Origin: Candidatus Aenigmatarchaeota archaeon
Lineage (GTDB): Archaea > Aenigmatarchaeota > Aenigmatarchaeia > GW2011-AR5
Assembly (NCBI GenBank): GCA_016198685.1
Contig: JACQID010000004.1
Span: 160,001 to 224,000 of the forward strand
DNA: 64,000 nucleotides
Direction: 5' to 3'
The notes under the pieces are model-generated. The model worked only from the letters and a program-made list of their open reading frames with translations, ran no database searches and had not been told where the DNA came from. Positions within the stretch are counted from its first letter, which is position 1. Each line of letters begins with the position of its first letter. A program made the translations under genes and the position numbers. Shown here piece by piece: positions 48,016 to 57,475 of the stretch.

Positions 48016-49839
48016 ATGGCCGACAAAAGGCAGCTTGCGGATATATCTTCTATATTACGTATTGATTCATTAAAGATGACCTCAGAGGCAGGAAGCGGTC
48101 ATCCTACATCTTGCATGTCATGCGCCGAAATAATGAGTGTTTTGTTTTTCCATGAGATGGCTTACGATACAAAAAATCCCTGCAATCCAGATAACGATGA
48201 ATTCATTTTAAGTAAAGGCCATGCCGCGCCTATTCTCTATTCGAGCCTCTACAGGGCAGGGTGCATACGCGATGATTTGATGTCGCTAAGAAAAATGTCA
48301 AGCCGCCTTGAGGGGCATCCTGTGCCTTCTTCCCTTCCATGGGTAAAGGTAGCCACCGGCTCGCTCGGGCAAGGGTTGTCAGTCGGCGTTGGTATGGCGC
48401 TTGCATCCAAGATGCAGAGCAGAAAATACAGGACATACGTCCTGATTGGCGACAGTGAAGCTGCAGAAGGCTCGGTATACGAGGCTCTGCAAATTGCTTC
48501 CCATTACAAGCTCAATAATCTTTGCGTCATAGTCGACGTCAACCGTCTCGGCCAGAGAGGCGAAACCATGCCAGGCCATGACACGGACTATTACGCAAAA
48601 AGATTTGGATCTTTCGGATGGCAGACAATAGTGATAGATGGCCATGACATCACGGCAATCATACAGGCTCTTGGAGAATCCAGATCTTCTATGCCCACAG
48701 TGATAATAGCAAAAACATTGAAAGGCAAAGGCGTTTCATTTCTTGAGAACAAAGAAGGATGGCACGGCAAGGCTCTTGACAAGGATGCATTGGCCCAGGC
48801 GTTGGCCGAAATTCCTCAGGCACCAATGCCATCAATTGCAATAAGAAAGCCCATGGCTTGCAAAATTATTGCAAAGTCTCCAAGCAAGCCTGCAAGTCCC
48901 TCTTACGCCTTGGGGACAGAAGTGGCCACGCGTCAGGCATACGGAACGGCGCTTGCAAAGCTCGCTAAAGCCGACAGTTCCGTGATTGCAGTCGATGCAG
49001 AAGTGAGCAATTCAACATATGCCGAGCAAGTGAAAAAGTTATCACCATCGCAATTTATCGAAGCCTACATAGCAGAGCAGAATATGGTAGGCATGTCGTT
49101 GGGCCTTTCGGTCAAAGGCTTCAATGTCTTTGCGTCCACGTTCGCTGCATTTCTTTGCAGGGCGCATGATCAGATAAGGATGGCATCCCTTTCTTCGGCT
49201 AACATGACGTTCTCAGGCTCCCATTGCGGCGTCTCCATAGGCGAAGACGGAGCTTCTCAGATGGGGTTGGACGACATAGCCATGTTCCGTGGCTTGCATG
49301 GAAGCGTGATTCTTTATCCTTCTGACGCCGTGTCGACAGAGAAGCTTGTCTTTCTCGCGGCACAGAACAAAGGAATAAAATACATAAGAACCACAAGACC
49401 TGCAATACCGGTCGTTTATGGTAATAATGAAGAATTCCCGCTTGGCGGATTCAAGGCCGTCAAAAAGAATGCAAAAGATAAAATCGTATTGGCCGGTGCC
49501 GGCATAACGCTGCATGAGGCATTGAAGGCCTATGATGATCTGCAGAAGCTTGGAATAAGTTCTGCGGTTACAGATCTTTACTGCATAAAACCGTTCGTCG
49601 CAGAAAAGTTTGCGGATTTCGTTAAAAAGCATGGAAACTGTCTGATAGTATCTGAAGACCATTATGCCGCGGGAGGCATAGGTGAGATGATAATTTCTTC
49701 TCTGAAGAACACCGGAATAAAAATCGAGTGCCTGTCGGTCAAAGGAATGCCGCATTCTGGCAAGAAAGATGAGCTTTTGGATAAGTGCGGCATTAGTTCA
49801 AAACATATTATCAAGGCAGCGAGGAGGCTTTTGGAATGA
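48016..49839 (+). CDS. tkt: Transketolase (single chain)
   Basis: SGHPTS, SKGHAAP, TGSLGQG, GDSE..EG, IAEQNM, GEDGASQ. Confidence 0.97.
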   Translation: MADKRQLADISSILRIDSLKMTSEAGSGHPTSCMSCAEIMSVLFFHEMAYDTKNPCNPDNDEFILSKGHAAPILYSSLYRAGCIRDDLMSLRKMSSRLEGHPVPSSLPWVKVATGSLGQGLSVGVGMALASKMQSRKYRTYVLIGDSEAAEGSVYEALQIASHYKLNNLCVIVDVNRLGQRGETMPGHDTDYYAKRFGSFGWQTIVIDGHDITAIIQALGESRSSMPTVIIAKTLKGKGVSFLENKEGWHGKALDKDALAQALAEIPQAPMPSIAIRKPMACKIIAKSPSKPASPSYALGTEVATRQAYGTALAKLAKADSSVIAVDAEVSNSTYAEQVKKLSPSQFIEAYIAEQNMVGMSLGLSVKGFNVFASTFAAFLCRAHDQIRMASLSSANMTFSGSHCGVSIGEDGASQMGLDDIAMFRGLHGSVILYPSDAVSTEKLVFLAAQNKGIKYIRTTRPAIPVVYGNNEEFPLGGFKAVKKNAKDKIVLAGAGITLHEALKAYDDLQKLGISSAVTDLYCIKPFVAEKFADFVKKHGNCLIVSEDHYAAGGIGEMIISSLKNTGIKIECLSVKGMPHSGKKDELLDKCGISSKHIIKAARRLLE

Positions 49840-50528
49840 AAGAAACTATAGATAGCATATTGCAAGCCGATAGGCGAATATTTAGAGTGGCGATTTTCGG
49901 CTCTGCGAGGATCAAAAAAAACGATGCCAATTACAGGATGATTTACAGGCTCGCGAAAATGATAGGCAAGGAGCATGTCGATATCGTGACTGGCGGCGGC
50001 CCGGGAATAATGGAAGCTGCAAATAAAGGGCATAAGGCAGGAAGCAATGGTAATGGCGCTCACTCGATGGGGCTTCTCATAAAGCTGCCTAACGAGCAGA
50101 AATCAAACAAGCATATTGACATAAAGAAAGAGTATAGGCATTTCTCCGAAAGGCTTGATAATTTTATGATGCTTTCAAGCGCGGTAGTAGTCGCGCCTGG
50201 CGGATTAGGGACTCTGCTTGAACTTGTATATGCATGGCAACTGATGCAGGTCCGGCATACATGCGAGATACCGCTTATCGTCATAGGCGATATGTGGAAA
50301 GAATTTGTGGCATGGTCGAAAAAATGGCAATTGAGAAGTGCCTACATGAAGCCCGAGGATTTTGATTCTATCTATACTGTGGCTACGGCAGATGATGCCA
50401 TGGAAATATTGAAGCAAGCTCATGAACAGTATCTGAAGGCCGGCAAGAATGCGTGCTTCAATACTGTAAGATATGGCAAAAAGCTGCATGTGAACGGAAA
50501 AAAAGCGGTATTGCGAAGGCTGTCATGA
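49836..50528 (+). CDS. LOG family nucleotide phosphoribohydrolase
   Basis: TGGGPGIMEAANKG, PGGLGTLLEL (PGGxGTxxE). Confidence 0.92.
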   Translation: MKETIDSILQADRRIFRVAIFGSARIKKNDANYRMIYRLAKMIGKEHVDIVTGGGPGIMEAANKGHKAGSNGNGAHSMGLLIKLPNEQKSNKHIDIKKEYRHFSERLDNFMMLSSAVVVAPGGLGTLLELVYAWQLMQVRHTCEIPLIVIGDMWKEFVAWSKKWQLRSAYMKPEDFDSIYTVATADDAMEILKQAHEQYLKAGKNACFNTVRYGKKLHVNGKKAVLRRLS

Positions 50529-50639
50529 TGATGATATTGCCTTCTTGCCTGGAACAGTGGAATATACATCAATACGGCAGGATGCGAATAAGCACTGCAA
50601 ATACGGGAAAGCTTAAATAGTTTTTGTTACTATTTTTTA

Positions 50640-51356
50640 GTGAGAATTATGCCTATAAGAATAGACAGAGAAGGTATCCATATATCCGTCAGACTCGGCC
50701 CTATTTTACCGCAGAGGAATAAAAAAATAGAGCGGGTTGCTATTGACCAACCACCTGCAACAGAAAGAGAAGCTTCTGCTGACGCGCAAACGACAGCGCC
50801 TTCTTGCGGTGATGATGTAGGAAAATACAGCGGCATAGCGCTTAAGGGCTGGCTATCACAGAATTATGCCGTAAGCCCTGTTGAAACAAACGATAATATG
50901 GTTATAGTTACAGGAAGGGATTTTGAAACCAATAGTCCTAAGTTTGAGTTGATACCTCGTTCTTATCGTGCAGCAAGGCAAAAACGTCCCAAACATCATA
51001 AAGAGGACAGCGGACGTTCAGTTACCGAGATACCCGATTCTGCTTACAGAGAAAGCACCTCTTACACGGGTCCTGTTATTGTTCATGCATACGCCGAGCT
51101 TGCTGACATGCTTGTGGAAAATGGAGAACTTTTCATCGATAAAAATCAACGGCTCGCAGGAAAACGCGTAGTAGCACGGGGGAACGGTATAGCGAAAAAT
51201 CTCAAACGGATGCTGACGGCGTATCTTCATGCCAATGGCATAGAATATGATGTCAGAATAGATTATAGAAACGATGGAGCAATGCTGACAATAAACCCAG
51301 AAGCCCGCGCGGCCTACAATGCACTGGGTCAAATAAATGCAGGCAGGCATTATTGA
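50640..51356 (+). CDS. Hypothetical protein
   Basis: 238 aa ORF between the LOG gene and tal. Confidence 0.55.
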   Translation: MRIMPIRIDREGIHISVRLGPILPQRNKKIERVAIDQPPATEREASADAQTTAPSCGDDVGKYSGIALKGWLSQNYAVSPVETNDNMVIVTGRDFETNSPKFELIPRSYRAARQKRPKHHKEDSGRSVTEIPDSAYRESTSYTGPVIVHAYAELADMLVENGELFIDKNQRLAGKRVVARGNGIAKNLKRMLTAYLHANGIEYDVRIDYRNDGAMLTINPEARAAYNALGQINAGRHY

Positions 51357-51418
51357 TTAGATGCGTGGTTTTACAACACTTTTATATAACCTGTTGCCCT
51401 CTATTTATTGGTGGCTGC

Positions 51419-52243
51419 ATGAAAATTTTCATAGATACCGGGAGCTTGGAGGAAATAGAAGAGGCTTATTCTTCCGGGATAATGGACGGCATCACTACCA
51501 ACCCCTCTTTGATGAAGAAGGCTGTTGAGGAACTCAAGAAATCCGGCCAGATGCTTGACATGGAAGATTATATCAAGCGAATATTGAAAGCCGCACGCGG
51601 AACGCCCGTGAGTTTGGAAGTCACATCGTCTGATTATGAAGGAATGGTCAAAGAGGGCATTGTGCTTTTCAAAAAATTCAACCCTGTTGCCGGGAACGTA
51701 GTCATCAAGGTGCCCTGCAATACGTCGATTGAAGGGCAAAACAGGCATTTTGACGGTCTCAAGGCCATAAAAGCGCTTTCCAGCGAAGGAATTCCGGTTA
51801 ATTGCACCCTGATATTTACGCCTGAGCAGGCTCTGCTTGCAGCCAAAGCAGGAGCAAAGATGGTCAGCCCTTTTGCAGGAAGAATTGACGATTTCATACG
51901 GTTAAAGAACTCTATGCATTTTGGAAAATCCGATTATTTCCCGGTCCAGGGAATCGAAAAGGACGGAAAGAAACTCGAAGATAATGGAGTGACATCAGGC
52001 ATTGACTTGGTTGCACAGTGCGCCGAAATATTCAGATATTACGGGATAAATGCCGAAGTTCTTGCGGCAAGCATAAGGAATACCCGCCAGCTGAGGGACG
52101 CCTCGCTTGCAGGCGCGGATATAGCGACAGCACCTTTGGAAGTTATAAAAGCTGCAATGCGGCATCCCAAGACAGTAGAAGGAGTCAAAGTATTTTCAGC
52201 GGATGTGGTGCCAGAATATGCTGCGATGGGTAATGGAAAATGA
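51419..52243 (+). CDS. tal: Transaldolase (TalC/FSA-size family)
   Basis: FIDT, TTNPSL, SLEV (Glu), VIKVP (Schiff-base Lys), SPFAGR (Phe), LAASIR. Confidence 0.93.
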   Translation: MKIFIDTGSLEEIEEAYSSGIMDGITTNPSLMKKAVEELKKSGQMLDMEDYIKRILKAARGTPVSLEVTSSDYEGMVKEGIVLFKKFNPVAGNVVIKVPCNTSIEGQNRHFDGLKAIKALSSEGIPVNCTLIFTPEQALLAAKAGAKMVSPFAGRIDDFIRLKNSMHFGKSDYFPVQGIEKDGKKLEDNGVTSGIDLVAQCAEIFRYYGINAEVLAASIRNTRQLRDASLAGADIATAPLEVIKAAMRHPKTVEGVKVFSADVVPEYAAMGNGK

Positions 52244-53544
52244 AGGATGCGTCTTTTTTCTCGTTGGATTCCCTTGCCAAAGAAGGTCTTCCTATAATAA
52301 AGGAAAGGCTGCGTGTCGAGATTAAAACCATGGAAAGAGCGTTATCGGTTAATTCTGCAGACGGTCGTGAGTTTGCAAGATTGCCGTTTGATAATGATAT
52401 GCTTGGTGCTGTCAAGAATATGATAAAGGAGAAACGGGCGCTTAAGCCTGAATACGTTGTAGTCATAGGCATAGGCGGCAGCAGTCTGGGGACAGAAGCA
52501 GTTGGCCAAGCTGTGGTTTTGAAAGGCAAAAGACCCAAGTTACTATATGCCAACACTGCAGATTCCTTCACTCTCCAGTCAATTATGGAAAAAATCGAAG
52601 AGGTTTTGGCCAAGAAAAAGACTATCATTCTAAATTGTGTAAGCAAGTCCGGAAGCACCGCCGAAACCGCTGCAAATTTCCAGATACTTCTTGCTATCCT
52701 GAAAAGATACAGGAAAGATTATGCTAAATTTGTCGTCATAACTACTGATAAGGATTCGCGGCTTTGGCATGCCGCACTGACGCAGGGATTCTCCGTGCTT
52801 GAAATACCTTCAAGAATCGGCGGAAGATATTCCGTCTTCTCGGCTGTCGGACTTTTCCCGCTTGGAATGGCAGGAGTCAATCTGGATGGACTTCTTTCAG
52901 GCGCAGCTGCTATGGCGAAGCGTTGCGTTGAGAGAGATGTTGAAATGAATCCCGCCGCCATGTCAGCCGCCATTCTCTACTGGCATCTGCAGAGAGGCAG
53001 GAAAATTCATGATACGTTCCTGTTTTCACCGGCCTTCGAGTGTCTTGGTAAATGGTACAGACAGCTCATGGCAGAAAGCGTAGGCAAGGCCCTTGACAAG
53101 AACGGGAAGAAAGTAAGTGCAGGCATGACACCGACAGTTTCTCTTCCTCAGGATCTTCATTCCATGGCGCAGCTCTATCTCGGAGGTCCGCAAGACAAAT
53201 TCACAACCTTTGTCAAGTCTGAGGATAACGGGGCTGCAATAAAAGTTCCGTCAATGAAAGAATATTCGGGGTTATCAGAAAACATACAGGGCAGGTCGCT
53301 TTCTGAAATTACAGACGCTCTTTATGGAGGCATAGTTGCGGCTTATAGAGACGGAAAGCGCCCATTTGCGGAAATTCATATTCCAGACAGATCCTCGCAA
53401 TCGATCGGCCAGTTCTTGCAGATGAAGATGATGGAAATGTGCTATCTTTGCTATCTGATGAATGTCAATCCTTTTGACCAGCCAGCTGTCGAATCGTACA
53501 AATTCAATGCGAGGCAGATGCTCGGCGAGAAAAAGGGGCAATGA
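52240..53544 (+). CDS. pgi: Glucose-6-phosphate isomerase
   Basis: IGIGGSSLG, SKSGSTAET, GGRYSVFS, QLMAESVGK, DLHS, DQPAVESYK. Confidence 0.95.
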   Translation: MKDASFFSLDSLAKEGLPIIKERLRVEIKTMERALSVNSADGREFARLPFDNDMLGAVKNMIKEKRALKPEYVVVIGIGGSSLGTEAVGQAVVLKGKRPKLLYANTADSFTLQSIMEKIEEVLAKKKTIILNCVSKSGSTAETAANFQILLAILKRYRKDYAKFVVITTDKDSRLWHAALTQGFSVLEIPSRIGGRYSVFSAVGLFPLGMAGVNLDGLLSGAAAMAKRCVERDVEMNPAAMSAAILYWHLQRGRKIHDTFLFSPAFECLGKWYRQLMAESVGKALDKNGKKVSAGMTPTVSLPQDLHSMAQLYLGGPQDKFTTFVKSEDNGAAIKVPSMKEYSGLSENIQGRSLSEITDALYGGIVAAYRDGKRPFAEIHIPDRSSQSIGQFLQMKMMEMCYLCYLMNVNPFDQPAVESYKFNARQMLGEKKGQ

Positions 53545-54206
53545 TTATGAATGTATTTGTCGGGATAGACAGGGACGGAACGATAATCAAAGATACCGGC
53601 AACAGGCAATATCTTGGAAGATCGGAAGGCTGGGAAAACGAAATAGAATTCCTGCCTGGCGTGACAACCGGCATAAAAGCGCTGAGAAAGATTCAAGGCA
53701 TAAAAATTTATATGATAAGCAACCAGACAGGCATCGGGATAGCCGACTTTTCTGATCTTACTGAAGAAAGGGCGCACGATGTTTGCAAGGAAATACTAAA
53801 GCGCCTGGATAAAGAAGGCGCCGCTCTTGACGATTATCTGTTCTGCCCGCATATCTCAAAGCATTACATTACGAAACATCCGGAGAGGAAATTTGACCCT
53901 GCTTATGTTCGCGAATGTGACTGTGCGAAGCCCAATCCCGGCATGCTTTTCGCGGCGATGAAGAAAGATGGCATGGCTAAAGGGAAAGCGCATATCTACA
54001 TGATCGGTGACAGGGATAGTGATGTAGAAACAGGCTTGAATGCCGGAGGAATAGGCATACTCGTGCCTTCTGAGAGCCAGCCGGGCCATGACAAGAAAGT
54101 TTTGGCGATGAAAAATCCCTCCGCTTTTGTAGCTAAAAACTTTGAAGACGCTGCAAACCTCATATTGAACAGAGAATCACTGTCTGCCGGAAGAGTTCCA
54201 GAATAA
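53541..54206 (+). CDS. HAD-IIIA phosphatase, GmhB/HisB-like
   Basis: DRDGT, SNQTG, CPH...CDCAKPNPGM, MIGDRDSD. Confidence 0.9.
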   Translation: MIMNVFVGIDRDGTIIKDTGNRQYLGRSEGWENEIEFLPGVTTGIKALRKIQGIKIYMISNQTGIGIADFSDLTEERAHDVCKEILKRLDKEGAALDDYLFCPHISKHYITKHPERKFDPAYVRECDCAKPNPGMLFAAMKKDGMAKGKAHIYMIGDRDSDVETGLNAGGIGILVPSESQPGHDKKVLAMKNPSAFVAKNFEDAANLILNRESLSAGRVPE

Positions 54207-54239
54207 TTCTTTTTATATTGTAGGAGCAAATACAAGCTC

Positions 54240-55511
54240 ATGGCTCAGCTGAAAAAAGAGCTTTCTCTTGTGACCGCCATATTCTACGGCGTTGGCATTA
54301 TTCTTGGCGCGGGAATCTATGTGCTGATAGGTCAGGGCGCTGCCGTTGCAGGAAATGCGCTCTGGCTCTCTTTTGTCGTGGCGGCGGTCATAGCTTCCTT
54401 CACAGCAATGAGCTATGCCGAGCTTGCAGGAATGCTTCCCAAGACCGCGGCAGAATACGTATATACGAAAAAAGCCTTTGGCAAGGAATGGCTGGCGTTT
54501 GCCGTCCAATGGATAATGATATTTGCTCTCATCATTAGCGCAACAACCGTGGCATTAGGGTTTGGAGGATACTTTTCTTATCTATTTGGTATCAATCAAG
54601 TATGGGCGGCGGCAGGCCTTCTCATAGTTCTTTCTCTTATCAGCTACACAGGAATCAAGGAATCAGTCCGCTTCAATATTCTGGCAACTATCATAGAAAT
54701 GATCGGGCTTTTGATTGTCATAATTCTCGGGATAGGCTTCATAGGAACGGTTGATTACTTTGCCGCGCCCGCAGGGATGACCAGCATACTCATGGCAACA
54801 GCTCTTCTGTTCTTTGCTTACATAGGCTTTGAAGAGGTTGTCAACCTGTCGGAAGAAACAAAGAACGCGAGCAAAGTTATACCGAAGGCGCTCCTAATTT
54901 CAATAGCAATAACCACCGTGCTTTACATACTTGTGGCAATATCCGCGGTTTCGATAATGCCTGCAGGGGAACTTGCCAAGGCAAAAGCCCCGCTCACGGA
55001 AGTCGTAAGCAGGGTGATGCCGCAGGCCGGATCCATCATGACAGTGATTGCATTGTTTGCGACTTCAAACACGGTATTGGCTATTCTTGTTGTGGCTTCG
55101 CGTATGCTCTACGGCCTCGCAAGGAATAACGTCCTTCCTAAGCTCTTAGCCAAACTCGGAAAAAGCCGGACACCGTATGTTTCCGTGTTTCTTGTAATGC
55201 TTGTGTCGCTGGCTTTCCTGCAGTTCGGAGCCATCGGCACCGTGGCGCTGCTTACGGATATCGGCATATTTGCCGTTTACCTCTTCATCAATGCCGCTGT
55301 CATATGGCTGAGATACAAGGAACCGAAGGCCAAAAGAACGTTCAAGTCTCCGCTCAATATAGGCCGATTTCCGGCCCTTGCCGGTCTTGGGATAGTGAGC
55401 TCACTGCTAATGCTGCTGCATTTTGAGTCTGTCCTTATCTTTTACGAGATTCTTGTAGTCCTTGCCGGATTTTTGATATATAAAGCATTCCGCTTTATGG
55501 CAGGTAAATGA
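54240..55511 (+). CDS. APC family amino acid permease
   Basis: GVGIILGAGIY, SYAELA, FFAYIGFE..VNLSEE. Confidence 0.93.
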   Translation: MAQLKKELSLVTAIFYGVGIILGAGIYVLIGQGAAVAGNALWLSFVVAAVIASFTAMSYAELAGMLPKTAAEYVYTKKAFGKEWLAFAVQWIMIFALIISATTVALGFGGYFSYLFGINQVWAAAGLLIVLSLISYTGIKESVRFNILATIIEMIGLLIVIILGIGFIGTVDYFAAPAGMTSILMATALLFFAYIGFEEVVNLSEETKNASKVIPKALLISIAITTVLYILVAISAVSIMPAGELAKAKAPLTEVVSRVMPQAGSIMTVIALFATSNTVLAILVVASRMLYGLARNNVLPKLLAKLGKSRTPYVSVFLVMLVSLAFLQFGAIGTVALLTDIGIFAVYLFINAAVIWLRYKEPKAKRTFKSPLNIGRFPALAGLGIVSSLLMLLHFESVLIFYEILVVLAGFLIYKAFRFMAGK

Positions 55512-55576
55512 ATAGAATCAATAATATGTTATAAAAAAAAGAAAACTGTCTTGTCTATACTAGTTAATCAGAAGAA

Positions 55577-55750
55577 TTAGAACTTCCTCTTCTTAGCATA
55601 GCAATCTTTGCAGAAAACAGGCCTGCCTTCTGTGGGCTTGAATGGTACTTCGCATTCAGCGCCGCATTCAGAGCAAGTTGCTTTGTGCATTTCACGGGGA
55701 CCGAAATCCTTGCGGAAGCCGCCACCGTTTCTGCCGAAACCTTCTCTCAT
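55577..55750 (-). CDS. CxxC-x17-CxxC domain protein (57 aa; not in the ORF track)
   Basis: MREGFGRNGGGFRKDFGPREMHKATCSECGAECEVPFKPTEGRPVFCKDCYAKKRKF; GGAGG SD. Confidence 0.92.
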   Translation of the reverse strand: MREGFGRNGGGFRKDFGPREMHKATCSECGAECEVPFKPTEGRPVFCKDCYAKKRKF

Positions 55751-55879
55751 GTTTTATTCCTCCTTAAAGTATAACGAGCGGAAAGCTTATAAATTGCTCT
55801 AAAATCAGGAAAAATTATACTATTGTTACTACTTAATAACAATTTAAATAGATTTCTGTCTTTGACTTTTGGGATAATC

Positions 55880-56077
55880 ATGTCTATAGCAGATAAAGTA
55901 TATCTATCAGATGGGTTCGTATTAAAAAATGTAGCTGCTGCGTACATTTTCATGAAAGTTCGACAAGAAGGGGATGTTCCGCCTTATCCTACTACCCCTA
56001 ACTCACAGAAAGCAACACTATGTGCAGCTATGCGACTAGGATACCGACCAGAATATCGGGATGCTATGTTTGCATAA
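55880..56077 (+). CDS. Possible small hypothetical protein
   Basis: ORF only. Confidence 0.3.
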   Translation: MSIADKVYLSDGFVLKNVAAAYIFMKVRQEGDVPPYPTTPNSQKATLCAAMRLGYRPEYRDAMFA

Positions 56078-56144
56078 TTAGACTATTTTATAGTAAAATA
56101 ACTACTTTATAGTAATTTAAATATACTTCTATCTTAGCATTCAT

Positions 56145-56624
56145 ATGGGATACAGACTGCCGCTGGAAACTCCGGAAACAAAAGAAGATGTGTTCTTCTA
56201 TGCGCCAACAGGAACATCCAAGAGCATGGTAGCGTTCCCTGAAGGTTATAGGGTCGATTATGATACGTTCCTGCTTAATAATGCAATGAACAATTTCGAA
56301 GCGAACTATTTTGGCAGTGTCCCTCACAGGAGATTTCTTCCCGAAATCAAGGAAGCTCTTATTGTCATGGAAAAAGAATACCCTGGCTTGAGAGAAAAAA
56401 TGGACAAATTAAAAGACCGTGTGGATGCCCTTGCGGAAGAGAGAGTGGATTTAATAGGAAATCTGTATAGGGTCAGGACTCCAATGGAAGAGATATTACA
56501 GAACGAGCAGGTACTGGAACTCAACGCCAGACAAAATGCTCTGGAAGAAGTTCTGAAACCGGCGCTTTATACTGCCTACAAATTCGTACAGCACTACCTG
56601 CCAAAGCATAGTATCATCATATGA
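56145..56624 (+). CDS. Hypothetical helical protein
   Basis: 159 aa ORF; its stop abuts the tRNA-Thr 3' end. Confidence 0.6.
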   Translation: MGYRLPLETPETKEDVFFYAPTGTSKSMVAFPEGYRVDYDTFLLNNAMNNFEANYFGSVPHRRFLPEIKEALIVMEKEYPGLREKMDKLKDRVDALAEERVDLIGNLYRVRTPMEEILQNEQVLELNARQNALEEVLKPALYTAYKFVQHYLPKHSIII

Positions 56625-56725
56625 AGCCCCGGGCGAGAGTTGAACTCGCGACCTTTACCTTACCAAGGTTTAGCGACGATGTCTTATGGCATTCGTTAAC
56701 GCTCTACCAACTGAGCTACCGAGGC
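56625..56725 (-). tRNA. tRNA-Thr(GGU) with a 28-nt non-canonical intron at 28/29 (56670-56697)
   Basis: GCCTCGG/CCGGGGC acceptor; TT|ACC-TTGGTAA-GGTAA arm after intron removal. Confidence 0.92.
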
Positions 56726-56778
56726 ACCTGCTTTACTTTGGAAGAAAAGCTTTTATTATTCCACCGGCATTTAGCAAC

Positions 56779-57141
56779 GTGATAAAATACCATCATTCTG
56801 ATGCCGTGAAGACCCGTATAAGCGAAATAGCCGCTAAATTAGGCATCAAGCATGACCTGTCCCGCGTAGCGTGCGTTGAAAGCGTAGGTTCAAAAAGCAA
56901 GCGAACTCTTGCGCGTTGCCACGCGTTGCCGCGCATAATGCAGGTGGCACTTGGAACAAAGGCCCATTACGTCATAGAGGTCATAACTGAGAATTTCTCG
57001 CGCTTGCCAAAGGCAGAGCAGGACAAGACCTTGATTCATGAGCTCATGCACATACCCAAAAGCTTCGGAGGCGGGTTCCGGCATCATGATTACGTCTGCA
57101 GGAAGAACATTGATGAGATGTACAGGAAGTTGGGGGAATGA
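56779..57141 (+). CDS. Predicted metallopeptidase (COG4900-like)
   Basis: GTG start outside the tRNA; ARCHALPRIMQ, YVIEVI, LIHELMHIP. Confidence 0.8.
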   Translation: MIKYHHSDAVKTRISEIAAKLGIKHDLSRVACVESVGSKSKRTLARCHALPRIMQVALGTKAHYVIEVITENFSRLPKAEQDKTLIHELMHIPKSFGGGFRHHDYVCRKNIDEMYRKLGE

Positions 57142-57144
57142 CGC

Positions 57145-57432
57145 TCAAGCTTTCGCTTTCTTCATGTCTCTCTTGAACTGCTGCTTCAGTTTGGGCACTC
57201 CTAATTTGGCTCCGCAGCCCCCGCATTTGACAGAAAATGGCCTTTTCCATTCCTGTTCAACATATGATTCATGGCCGCATTTTGGGCACTTGTACTCGAC
57301 GCGCGCAATGCCGTCGGATTTTGGAACGAGAACGCGTATCTTCCCCTTGTCTTCAACATTTCTATTCGTATGATAAAGCGTACTTGAAGGCTTTAGCGAG
57401 TTTGCTGCGATATAATCATCTATCTTGCCCAT
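57145..57432 (-). CDS. Small double zinc-ribbon protein
   Basis: YKCPKCGH...VKCGGCG. Confidence 0.8.
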   Translation of the reverse strand: MGKIDDYIAANSLKPSSTLYHTNRNVEDKGKIRVLVPKSDGIARVEYKCPKCGHESYVEQEWKRPFSVKCGGCGAKLGVPKLKQQFKRDMKKAKA

Positions 57433-57475
57433 GTCATCACATATAGTTAGATATGCTTCTCCTTATAAACGTTTA

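Noticed and set aside
51419-52243. Fructose-6-phosphate aldolase instead of transaldolase
   Set aside because: Has the Glu (SLEV) and Phe (SPF) diagnostic of transaldolase rather than Gln/Tyr
56625-56645. Second integration site at the tRNA-Thr 3' end (an ORFan abuts it)
   Set aside because: No duplicate of the tRNA 3' end and no integrase found nearby by eye
56686-56778. N-terminal extension of the metallopeptidase given by the ORF track
   Set aside because: Overlaps tRNA-Thr; family similarity begins at GTG 56779
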